NCBI GenBank assembly: GCA_034421015.1
Contig: DAOUKT010000013.1
Span: 5,965-69,964 of the forward strand
Direction: 5' to 3'
Length of the DNA: 64,000 bases
From: Dehalococcoidia bacterium
Lineage (GTDB): Bacteria; Chloroflexota; Dehalococcoidia; Lucifugimonadales; UBA2985
Shown here: positions 55,509 to 64,000 of the stretch, in pieces
How the letters are laid out: every line of letters starts with the position of its first letter
How positions within the stretch are numbered: position 1 is the first letter of the stretch
Program-made: the position numbers and the translations under genes
Notes under the pieces: generated by a model
Seen by the model: only the letters and a program-made list of their open reading frames with translations
Told to the model about the DNA's origin: nothing
Databases searched by the model: none

Positions 55509-55667
55509 GCGTGCGGCTCCGCGAGTTCACTCGATATCAAGGCTCACTCCAGTCCGGTTGGCTGCCCTGGGTTGAGTATTGAGACCTGTATAGCCGAAAA
55601 GCGCCCCAAATGCAACGTCGGAAGCGTTGGCTCCCCGCCAAGCCCAGCACCTAGTACATTCGTCTGG

Positions 55668-56063
55668 ATGAGCTTCGAGTTACCACAGTCAGTATACCAC
55701 GGCTCTCCGTCTAGCTCAGCCCGGAAGCCCCGCCGGAATCCGATCCTGTTGGCCCGCAATTGGCAACACTTGCTGGCAACTGGCGAAGTCAGGTCCAGAG
55801 CCGAGCTGTCTCGCCGGTTAAATGTTAATCCAACACATGTGACTCGAGTGCTAAGCCTACTGAAACTAACGCCAGAACTCCAAGAATCAATCATAGCCCT
55901 CGGTGATCCTGTCAAAGCAAGGGGGGTTGGGATTCACTCCTTGAGATCTCTGCTCAGCTTGACTCACGATGAACAGATACGACGGAGCAAGGAAATTCTG
56001 GGGTCAGCGCAAGGTTCCGATGATTCAAGTTCCGCCAGAGGTGAAAATGAGGACCATAATTGA
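55668..56063 (+). CDS. Small HTH protein of the type found at recombinase-element ends
   Basis: RNPILLARNWQ.LL.TGEV.SRAELSRRLNV..THVTRVLSLLKL.PE.QE.I; embedded in the longer track ORF 55239-56063. Confidence 0.7.
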   Translation: MSFELPQSVYHGSPSSSARKPRRNPILLARNWQHLLATGEVRSRAELSRRLNVNPTHVTRVLSLLKLTPELQESIIALGDPVKARGVGIHSLRSLLSLTHDEQIRRSKEILGSAQGSDDSSSARGENEDHN

Positions 56064-56531
56064 GAGCGTCATTGAGATGGGGTGCGGTGTATTGTTTGCG
56101 GCGAATGGCAGAATGCTGTACCATCATTTTCCGCTTGGGAAGGCGGTGCGTACCATCTTCATGGATCTCTAATTGAGGGGACGCCAGCTCGTCTCCCGCA
56201 TGTGCACCAGCCCGTTCCTCAGTGCCCAGACTACGAGTTCTTGTCTGGCGCCCGGCCTTTGGCTTCCTCCGGACACGGCACGACCTGTTCCGCACGGATA
56301 ACGCCCCCCTCGATTTCCACTGGCAGCGCCGGCATAGCGTCATACTAGAGGAGGGCTCTCTGTGGCTGCAGAGGTGTCTGGCATGAAATCTGGAGATCTT
56401 CGCTCCAGGATGGGCATGGGGCTAATGAATCGAATGAAACGGTAAGAGGAGGCCTTCCGGAGTCGCACGCTCTGGCTCGCGCAGAGCCCGGCACTTGTCA
56501 CTGCTTCGAATCAATCTACGCTACGGCCAGG

Positions 56532-56978
56532 CTAGCGAACCGCCGGGTGAAGTCCAGTGACGCATTCAGCAATTAGATCCCCTATGAACTCCGACTCTAG
56601 GGACTCCCTTGGAGGCAACCCTAGTAGGTCACTGTGGGAGGGGTCGGCGGAGAAAGATCCCATTGGTGGTGAAGGCGTATTGATGAACTCAAGGTTCGGA
56701 AGCGTGTCGGCAAGGTGTCCCAACGTGAATCCAACGTTTAGCTCGGCAAATAGACCGTTAGGCCCCAACCGTCGTTGAATGTGATTCCTTACCTCATCCA
56801 GCTGTCCCGACTTGTCGTGGCCATTGAAGCATTCAAGCCAGTTCACCGAAAGACCCAGTTCATCGGATCCCAACTGAAAAGCCGAGCAGTTTAGTATTCC
56901 CGCCTCCAGGTCGGCAAAATCAGTGAATCTTGCGTGTCGCACTACGTGATCACTATTGGGCAGAGTCTTACCGGTCAT
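56532..56978 (-). CDS. Hypothetical protein, possible ADP-ribosyltransferase-like fold
   Basis: Start MTGKTLP overlaps the upstream stop (ATGA); HVVR, SAF, LSVNWLE and DPSH pattern. Fold call is inference. Confidence 0.55.
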   Translation of the reverse strand: MTGKTLPNSDHVVRHARFTDFADLEAGILNCSAFQLGSDELGLSVNWLECFNGHDKSGQLDEVRNHIQRRLGPNGLFAELNVGFTLGHLADTLPNLEFINTPSPPMGSFSADPSHSDLLGLPPRESLESEFIGDLIAECVTGLHPAVR

Positions 56979-57685
56979 GCGCTCACAAGGGGAGTCAAGT
57001 GAAAGGCGCGGATCTGCCTCCTGATCCCATCGAAAGTATCGTTGCCAGCAACCCTCGAAACCCCTGTAGAACCTGGTCTCCGTTTGAAGATCACGTAGTT
57101 CACCGTATGATTCCCGAGGAAGTGGAGTCCCAGATGTTCCCCGTCTTCGCCCTTCCAAACAGCCCGGAGATTGCCGTTGTCCATGAGCGCAAGGCCAGCG
57201 CGACGCGTACAGCCTGCCGATCTCACGAAAGCCCAGAAGTCCATTAGGGAAGATTCATTCAGCGAAATGCCTTCATCCTTACCATACCTGATCAAGTCGG
57301 CAATCCGACCCTGGTAGGCCAGGCGAATCTCCCAAGCGCCCATTGCACCACGAAGGCATTCCTCGAAGAATGCTTCCGAAGGACTAGAGGGGTGCCAGCC
57401 CAGCTCTTCTGTTGACCACTTGGGGAAGGTGAATGGTCTTGCTAGGAGGTATCCGCCCCACTGCAAGGCTCTCAACTTCCGTTCCAACTGTGGAGTGTCC
57501 ACATCCGTTTGGACATCACTTGACTCAATGATACTGTCGACCAAGTCACTCAAGTGTTCAAGGTACTCACTGTCGTCGCGGAGCAACCGGCCATAGGCCC
57601 ACGACGCGAACAGGGGCGCGGACTCTACATCTGGACCGTAAATTTCGGCGGGACTCTCAATCCATGTCGTTGCTGTTGCAGTCAT
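56975..57685 (-). CDS. Hypothetical protein, middle gene of TIGR04255 operon
   Basis: Start MTATA overlaps the upstream stop (ATGA); acidic N-terminus; compact C-terminal alpha/beta segment (DNGNLRAVW). Confidence 0.75.
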   Translation of the reverse strand: MTATATTWIESPAEIYGPDVESAPLFASWAYGRLLRDDSEYLEHLSDLVDSIIESSDVQTDVDTPQLERKLRALQWGGYLLARPFTFPKWSTEELGWHPSSPSEAFFEECLRGAMGAWEIRLAYQGRIADLIRYGKDEGISLNESSLMDFWAFVRSAGCTRRAGLALMDNGNLRAVWKGEDGEHLGLHFLGNHTVNYVIFKRRPGSTGVSRVAGNDTFDGIRRQIRAFHLTPLVSA

Positions 57686-58473
57686 CGCGGCTCCTCTGTT
57701 CGAAGACCCCAATACTCTCGCTGAATATCTTCGCTTGTAATGTCCAAGAAGTGCCTGAGCATTGTATCGTGGGCGCGCCTGAACCAGTCGTCAGTTGCCG
57801 TCTTCGGAACGCCTTCAAACCTCTTGATTGTCTTCATTTCGATCCCAAGGGCGGTCCGACCAGGCTCTCCCGGTCGGACCATAGTCCAGATCCTGGTGGA
57901 GAGCGATATCTCCTCCTCTGCCTGATACGAGTACCGACAATCAAATCCGCTTGTGGAGATACTGGAGTCGGCGAGTGGAATCTGGAAGGACCTAATCACC
58001 TTGCCGGTGTCACTCGGTCCACGCCAGTATTCGCACTCTTCGATAGCGTCTATGTAGGTCAACTCGCAAAGAGCAATCGGGACTTCAGATATACCGATGC
58101 CGAGACTAAGAAAATTCTCGAATTTGCCCAACAGTCCATCGAAGTTGAGCTTTATGTCCTGGAATCCAGGGTACTGGTTTTGTCCTCGACGACGCCAGTT
58201 GAGCATGAACGCGTTCTTTTGTAACTGCACTAGATTGATCTCGTCCCTTGCGATGAACCAGTACCTAGGCATCGGGAATGGCTCATCCAGGCCAATATCA
58301 GGCGCGGCCCCGACAGGAATCTGTTGGCGAACCACCGGGAAGTCTCCCTTTATCTCATTCCAGAATATCCCGATGTGCTGACTTCGCAGGTCAGCTAGCG
58401 GTGGATCGAAATAGGTGGCAATCACCACTTCGTTAATTGGTGGCCTATCGAATATGATTCTATCAGTAGTCAT
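57682..58473 (-). CDS. TIGR04255 family protein
   Basis: F..PP..EVV...YF, RYWF......LVQLQ...F..NW......YP.F, ELTYI..I and W...AH......F...T......W motifs; start MTTDR at 58473. Confidence 0.85.
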   Translation of the reverse strand: MTTDRIIFDRPPINEVVIATYFDPPLADLRSQHIGIFWNEIKGDFPVVRQQIPVGAAPDIGLDEPFPMPRYWFIARDEINLVQLQKNAFMLNWRRRGQNQYPGFQDIKLNFDGLLGKFENFLSLGIGISEVPIALCELTYIDAIEECEYWRGPSDTGKVIRSFQIPLADSSISTSGFDCRYSYQAEEEISLSTRIWTMVRPGEPGRTALGIEMKTIKRFEGVPKTATDDWFRRAHDTMLRHFLDITSEDIQREYWGLRTEEPR

Positions 58474-58963
58474 CTGCCGACCCTCGAATCCACGACATCT
58501 TGGCAGTTGGGGCAATCATCGTATCCTAAGTATATCTTATACTGGAATTGCCATTTCTGTCTGTATTCCAATCCCGGGTCAGACCCAAATCTCACCAACA
58601 CACAGGCAGGTTCGAGAGGGGCCTCAATGTCGTCCTCTCCGACCCCATCTGATCTGACCCAGAGGCAGCACCCCTAGCCAATTTGGCCCGGGAACTGCCT
58701 GAATGGGTATCCGTCAACCACGCCCGATTACCCGCGTTTTCCCTGGCAATTGTCTCTGAGGGACTATGTAGGAGAAGAGCAAGCCGGTTTCGACGAACAC
58801 CAGGGCGAGGTTGCGATTCCAACACAGCAATTGAGACTATCGCCGCAATTCGAGAATAGCCATGCCAGGAAGAAGAGCACTCCAACGCCCGCGGGCAGAG
58901 CAGGACAACCATCAGGGAGCCCCACGCCACTCCAAACCCTCCTTGATGCGAGCTTGACTAATG

Positions 58964-60133
58964 CTAGTCGAGGCGAGCAAGGAAGGCGTGTACAACTGAC
59001 TGATACCTTTCGGCGTCAAGATTCCAGGATCCCACGTGCGTGGCGCCGGAGAAGACGTGGTACTCGACGATGTCGGGGCGTGCCTCAGCGAGTTTGTCGC
59101 TGAGGGATACGGGCACCGACAAGTCGTCGCTCCCGTGGAAAAGCAGTATGGGAGTCGAGGGCGACAGCTCCCCGGCACGGTCAAGGTGATTCATGGTGTT
59201 GAAGTCGACACCGAATCGGAGGGTGGTCAGAGCCTTGGCCAGCTCTGTCAGCAGGCCCGGCAGTGGGACTCCGGCCACCCGCTCCTGAGCTCCACCGAAA
59301 TCTATAATCGCATCCAGGTTGAGCGCCGGAGAGTCGAGAATAACCCCTTTCACGCTGTTTGCGACTTCGGAGTTGTAGAGGAAGCTGACGACAATAGCTC
59401 CGCCCATGCTGTACCCAACCAGGACAACGTCTTCCGCACCGGCGGCGAGGGCGAATGTCACGGCCGCCTCCAGGTCCTCCCACTCTTCAGCGCCGAACTG
59501 ATAGTACCCTTTGGGATTCGACGGAAGTCCCTCGTCGTTCCGATAGGTGGTGGACAGAACCGGGTACCCTTTCCCGACGAACACCGGAAGAGTTCTCAAG
59601 GACTCTCGACGGTCGGCGCCCTGTCCATGCACGAATATCACCCACGTGTCGGAGTCGCCCGTGGTCAGCCAAGCTGGGAAGGTTCCCAAGTCGGCGCGAA
59701 CATCGACCTCTTGGAACTCGATCCCATGCGCGACTAGCGGATCTCCGGGGTATGTATAGGAGTGGACGCGGACATGGTCACCGATCCTGGGCAGAGGGCC
59801 CAGCGCTATCAGCTCTCGAACCACGGAGTCGTCGGCAGCATCGACGATGGTGGACACCTGGTTGTAGGTATTCGCTGACTCTAACCCCCAGATGCCGGGT
59901 TTGTCCCATCGGCCGTTCAGATCTGTGTCTGTGGTGATCTCAAGGGTGATTCGACCGTCTGCAACCGACGCAACTCTGAGGTCAAACGGGTCGGGCTCAT
60001 GATGCGCCACGAATGCGCGCCGCTCAATCTCTCCGGAGTAGTACCAACCCGCCCCGAAGAAGAGGGCAAACGGAATGAGAATGGCTGCGAGGACTATCGC
60101 TTGAACCTTGCGGACGCGAGTCAAGGGGATCAC
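58964..60133 (-). CDS. Membrane-anchored alpha/beta hydrolase
   Basis: N-terminal TM; FVHG, YRND.G, GYSMGG, LDSP, FHG..D..VP and H..SWN motifs. Confidence 0.88.
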   Translation of the reverse strand: MIPLTRVRKVQAIVLAAILIPFALFFGAGWYYSGEIERRAFVAHHEPDPFDLRVASVADGRITLEITTDTDLNGRWDKPGIWGLESANTYNQVSTIVDAADDSVVRELIALGPLPRIGDHVRVHSYTYPGDPLVAHGIEFQEVDVRADLGTFPAWLTTGDSDTWVIFVHGQGADRRESLRTLPVFVGKGYPVLSTTYRNDEGLPSNPKGYYQFGAEEWEDLEAAVTFALAAGAEDVVLVGYSMGGAIVVSFLYNSEVANSVKGVILDSPALNLDAIIDFGGAQERVAGVPLPGLLTELAKALTTLRFGVDFNTMNHLDRAGELSPSTPILLFHGSDDLSVPVSLSDKLAEARPDIVEYHVFSGATHVGSWNLDAERYQSVVHAFLARLD

Positions 60134-60134
60134 C

Positions 60135-60480
60135 TTATGAGTCGCCGGGGAAGTTCAGGCCGGACACAACTGGTCTCCGTGCCTGCGTCTTCCTGCCTCT
60201 GCTCATGGCGTCCGGCTTGGTGGTTCCCTTGGCCGTCGATACCGAGCGAAGCTGCGACATCGTCCCATCGCCCTTGAGCGAGTTGCAGTGACCACACAGA
60301 AATTTCAGGTTGCCCATCCTCTCACCGCTCTCCCTGATAGTACGGGCGAATGTGATCCACCGTCATGTTCTTTGTCGCAAATTCCTTACTACAGCCGTCG
60401 CATATACCCTTCTGGCCGGTGTACAACGCAGTCTTTTCCTTGGCCCTAAGGGTGGGGCGGGAACCACCAGAGTCGAACAT
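60135..60480 (-). pseudogene. Frameshifted HNH endonuclease
   Basis: After a GGAGG RBS, 60480-60322 gives ..YTGQKGICDGC..EF..KNMTVDHIRP..*. Another frame (60317-60135) gives MGNLKFLCGHCNSLKG. Together they form one HNH domain. Confidence 0.75.
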
Positions 60481-61354
60481 GTTGCACCTCCCTGCATGGT
60501 TTCAGCGCAGTCAGTTCAGTTCCGAATCTTGCCGGAACATTGACAGATCGGTCGCAGAAAGATGGGTCGCCCTGGGCCGACAGCGCTTCGGCCCCTCTTG
60601 GGTACAGTTCCTGGGAAATCTACCACGCGGGTATGATATAGCCGTGACCTAGAGGCCGATTCGGGTTTGCAAATTGTAACTTATCGCCCGAGGCGGCACA
60701 ACGCCCCCCGGCAGACGCCGATTTCCGCGTTTCATCTGGGTGAGAAGCTGGACCTGCCGCATAAACCTGTTCCGCCCTGGTGGAGCCGCACTCAGGCTCA
60801 GGGATCAGCTTGCGCATATGCGCAAGCTTGTGCTTGGATGCGGCGCTTCGGGTCGTGATGGAAGGGGCCCGAAAGGCTGGAGACTCCCAAGGACCCGGCG
60901 GGGGTCTCCAGCTTGAGTCTCGGCCTTCGCTTTGCTGGCGCGTTCTACTTATCACCGGGGAGAAGGAATAGGGCAGCGCTACTGTGCAAACGCGAGCCGA
61001 ATCGGGAAAGTACTCGGTTGCGTCATGTCTAGAGGAGCCATCTTGTGCAGCTAGCTCCGAGGGCAGTCGTACCTGTAATCGACATGATTTACAAGAAGTA
61101 ACGGGAAATTGGCAGATAATCTCACAGGCTTGTTACACCCGGCTGATAGGATAGCGACCGGAAGCATTCCTTTGAGGCTTATGCGCGCTTGGCCTTCTTA
61201 ACCCATGCCTTCACGGGTGGGTACACAAGCCACAACAGCGTTCAAGAAGGAGTGAGCAGCCCGCCGTGTCAGATTCCAATGGTGGTCACAGCAGGAGAGC
61301 GGCACACCTGTCGCCCCAGAACTTTCCACATTCCTCCCATGATGTGGGGACAGC

Positions 61355-61678
61355 ATGGTGAACGCAAACTCTGCTACCCAGACACAGCTTCGTCGCTCTG
61401 TGCCGGCGCTCCACGCCATCATCCTCATAACCCTCGCCTCGCTGCCGACTGCGGGCGGTGACGTAGTGCAACCGCAGGCTGTCCCGGACAACTTGGATCT
61501 CAACCCTCGGGGCGTCAAATCTGGCGACAGCTTCCGGCTCCTGTTCAATACCACCGGCATCCCGGACTGCAATCAATCCATGCGGGACTCCGCGACCGTT
61601 CGGGGGCAATGGGAAATGGAACTAGCACATCCAAAATACCCAGCTACAGGCCCCGCCAGACTTAGATTCAGGGAGTAG
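61355..61678 (+). pseudogene. Fragment of a secreted/surface protein
   Basis: Signal-like hydrophobic stretch then G.KSGDSFRLLF motif, after which it degenerates. Confidence 0.4.
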
Positions 61679-61775
61679 TAATGGTTCAGATGCGATGGGT
61701 TGTGTGCGCGGCTATAGGTGGGGTTGTTGTGGCAATCCTGGTGGATGTGATGCAGAGGAGGAAGGAGGACTAGCT

Positions 61776-62006
61776 TTGGTCGTTAAGAGCGGGTTCAGCT
61801 GTCCAGTCTGCGGTTCGGAGGGCAACATTTACGGAGACGCATTCAAGACTTTGCGCGCTCTCTTGCTTCACATCGTCGTCAAGGCGGACAGCGAAGACGC
61901 GAGCAGCGCTCCGCACCGGCAGTGGGTCTGGGACCGGCTCATTCCCATGCTGGAGGGAGGCGAAGAGCACTGTAGAGCCATTCACGGTGAGCCTGGTTCG
62001 ACGTAG
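61776..62006 (+). CDS. Small C2H2-zinc-finger-like protein
   Basis: TTG start after GGAGG; FSCPVC...F.T..AL..HI......H pattern. Confidence 0.55.
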   Translation: MVVKSGFSCPVCGSEGNIYGDAFKTLRALLLHIVVKADSEDASSAPHRQWVWDRLIPMLEGGEEHCRAIHGEPGST

Positions 62007-62236
62007 TGGCCACGAGGAGAGACATGAGCAGGAATGCGCAGCTGCGATGACCCCAAATCGCACGACCAGTGCCTCTCCCTATCACAGCACGTGGCCCGTG
62101 TGCCGCTGTCTGGGCCACAACGCCTCTGGGAGACCAATATTGGGGCCTTCCATTGCATTCAGCGACATCGTCCTGGTTCTTGCGCTGGCCATCGGCGACG
62201 GCGTGTACTTCCTGAGAGGCTAGCGGGGAAAGGGAC

Positions 62237-62686
62237 ATGAGAGTTGTCAGCAGAATAGCGCTTGTGGTGGCAATAGCCATAGGGTTCTGGATGATCCTAA
62301 TTGGCACTGTCGTCATCCAAATGGGGTACGACGCCCGGGACCGGATCCGGAGTGCCCTCGCCAAGGAGCTGATCATCACCAGCCGGGATGCCTCCATACC
62401 AGGCATCCCGGTCGAGGACGTCGAGACTGCCCGGGCCCAGCATGAAGTCATTGAGGACCACGCCTACGGGCGCTTCGGCCCCTACACCGGCATGGAGAGG
62501 AACGATCCCAACCGGGAGACGTACCTCAATGGTCTGATCCTCAGGAACACCCTCAATCTGGCCATCCTGGGTTTCGGAGTAGCCGACATGGCCATCGGTC
62601 TGGGGGCCGTGACCATCTTACTCGGCGTGATCATGATCTTGATGACCATCCCTGTACAACTGCTGCTCACGAGAGCATGGAGATAG
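62237..62686 (+). CDS. Two-TM membrane protein
   Basis: AAGGGA RBS; N- and C-terminal TM segments around a soluble A..Q...I..H / R.TYLNG..LR..L loop. Confidence 0.75.
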   Translation: MRVVSRIALVVAIAIGFWMILIGTVVIQMGYDARDRIRSALAKELIITSRDASIPGIPVEDVETARAQHEVIEDHAYGRFGPYTGMERNDPNRETYLNGLILRNTLNLAILGFGVADMAIGLGAVTILLGVIMILMTIPVQLLLTRAWR

Positions 62687-62790
62687 GAGCGCCGTTCGAG
62701 ATGGCGATAGGCACAAAAGGCTTTTCGGTAGCCGTCGGCATCTCTTTCCTCAACGTCAGCGAATGCATTGAGTGATATAGGGGGAGAACA

Positions 62791-62955
62791 ATGGCCAGAA
62801 CTAGGCCTTGGCACTCGGTCCTGTCCTACTTCTATCACGTCTGCACCGAGTGCAATGCGGGCAAAGACATCGCACCGAGGAACCGGAGAGAGGGCACCGG
62901 CAACAGGCGGCTTTGCGATGAATGTGAGGACCTGATCAGACGAGGGGAATGCTAG
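62791..62955 (+). CDS. 54-aa Cys/His-rich small protein (below ORF-track cutoff)
   Basis: GGGGAG RBS; MARTRPWHSVLSYFYHVCTECNAGKDIAPRNRREGTGNRRLCDECEDLIRRGEC. Confidence 0.75.
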   Translation: MARTRPWHSVLSYFYHVCTECNAGKDIAPRNRREGTGNRRLCDECEDLIRRGEC

Positions 62956-63025
62956 GCGGCAAAAAAATGAGACGGGCACTCCTGACCCTGGCGGTGTTGC
63001 CCCTCGAGGCCCTCTGCCCCAAGAG

Positions 63026-63313
63026 TTAAACGAATCCCTGGTCAAGGTCGCGGCCGAAGACCGAGTGGGTTTCAGCCGGAGCAGCCAGGTCAGGAACTAA
63101 CGTAGTTTCCAGCGCCATCGAGTGCGTGGGAAAACCGGCAGTGGAGGAATCCATAGCGGGGCTCTGCGGGCCCTGTGGCCTGAGTAAGCTCCACCAGACT
63201 AACAATCCAACTGTTGCCGCAAGGACTCCCAATACCAATGCAGCAAACCACCTGCGGCGTTTTGGAGTGCCGGTCTTAGTCGTCTTTCGCACTACCCTTA
63301 TGTATCTGTCCAT
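63026..63313 (-). CDS. Hypothetical single-TM protein
   Basis: Basic N-terminus (KRRR) followed by a hydrophobic helix. Confidence 0.4.
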   Translation of the reverse strand: MDRYIRVVRKTTKTGTPKRRRWFAALVLGVLAATVGLLVWWSLLRPQGPQSPAMDSSTAGFPTHSMALETTLVPDLAAPAETHSVFGRDLDQGFV

Positions 63314-63764
63314 TTCAAATTACAGAGCGCAGACACATTCGTTATTCGGGCTGGTCCATCAGGCCGGGCGTCGCCCTGGTGGTCTTTGACCAGTGACCGC
63401 CCGTGATGTTTCCATCCACGACGTTGACCCTCGGGTCCCCAGCAGTGGCGACGAGGTCTCGGCCGTATGACCAAGGGCTCTCTCCCCATTCATCGCTCTG
63501 TCCAATCGAAATGCCCCAGATCTTGAGGTTGGGAGGGATCTGTTCTGACCTCTTGCGCCGCCGGCAAGAATAACAAGGCAATCGTAGTCGCCTGTTCATG
63601 AGTCAAGGTCAAGGAGCTGCTCGGCCATTCGCCGGCAGGGTCGTTGTACCCAGGTCACATATATCGGGTGTGGCATGTGACGCGGTTGCCCTGCCAGTCT
63701 GCCAGCGGGACGCTGTGATCGTTCCGGAAAAAGTACGAATTCTCCGACACGTCTGTTTCTGAGT

Positions 63765-63848
63765 CTATATCTTGTCCCATCTCTTCAGGACATAGGCGAT
63801 CCCGACCGCTCCAGCTACAATCAGTATTCCAGGTATGACTCTGCTCAT
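63765..63848 (-). CDS. 27-aa single-TM small protein
   Basis: Strong GGAGGAG RBS; MSRVIPGILIVAGAVGIAYVLKRWDKI. Confidence 0.5.
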   Translation of the reverse strand: MSRVIPGILIVAGAVGIAYVLKRWDKI

Positions 63849-64000
63849 GGCTCCTCCCTCAATATCAGGCATTCGGCACAATGGCGAAGCTTAAAACCCC
63901 TGCCTCTGGTCACCCATTCGGCAGCCCACTCAGCGCTCACCATCGTAGCAAACCTGACCATGTGGAATATCTGGGGTGGAAAGCAGCCTGCTACTCCTCC

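Larger units (their letters stand above)
55559..64000. mobile_element. Putative genomic island (left end; continues past window)
   Basis: Abrupt drop in GC and codon bias, sparse fragmented ORFs, element-type HTH gene at the edge, and a tRNA-3'-like 13-mer at 55559-55571. No integrase in the window. Confidence 0.55.

Noticed and set aside
56082-56348. 88-aa ORF after the HTH gene
   Set aside because: No RBS, motif or coding signature that I can support.
60991-61022. Hairpin cgcgagccga...tcggttgcg as a riboswitch or ncRNA
   Set aside because: Does not match a riboswitch consensus I can verify; a covariance-model (Rfam/Infernal) search would be needed.
63342-63760. Short minus-strand ORF pieces near the right end
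   Set aside because: Frames are fragmentary and no domain is recognisable; possibly pseudogene debris.

Overview
High-GC bacterial window whose core gene types and order (long PurN, aroQ-peptidase-efp-xseAB, dprA-topA-xerC, cdsA-dxr-rseP-ispG, acpS-nnr, CbbQ/VWA pair) suggest Chloroflexota, probably Dehalococcoidia/SAR202-like. LRR, WD40 and cadherin-like surface proteins hint at a host-associated (e.g. sponge) symbiont; both assignments are inference. Bases 1-55.5 kb are mostly housekeeping genes, broken by small accessory cassettes: tandem PaREP1/HEPN genes, an ars operon, an FRG-TPR/LRR/PH cassette and a PIN toxin-antitoxin pair. Intergenic DNA carries a nested hierarchy of palindromic repeats: CGTC- and GTAG-type REPs, 160-200 bp MITE-like elements sitting in REP loops, and a 23-bp hairpin module inserted into other repeats. 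From ~55.56 kb to the end is a visibly lower-GC, partly decayed island that starts at a possible tRNA 3'-end remnant. It contains a translationally coupled three-gene operon (TIGR04255 family, unknown protein, putative ADP-ribosyltransferase-like protein), the best candidate here for an undescribed defence or toxin system. No CRISPR array, rRNA or complete tRNA was recognised.
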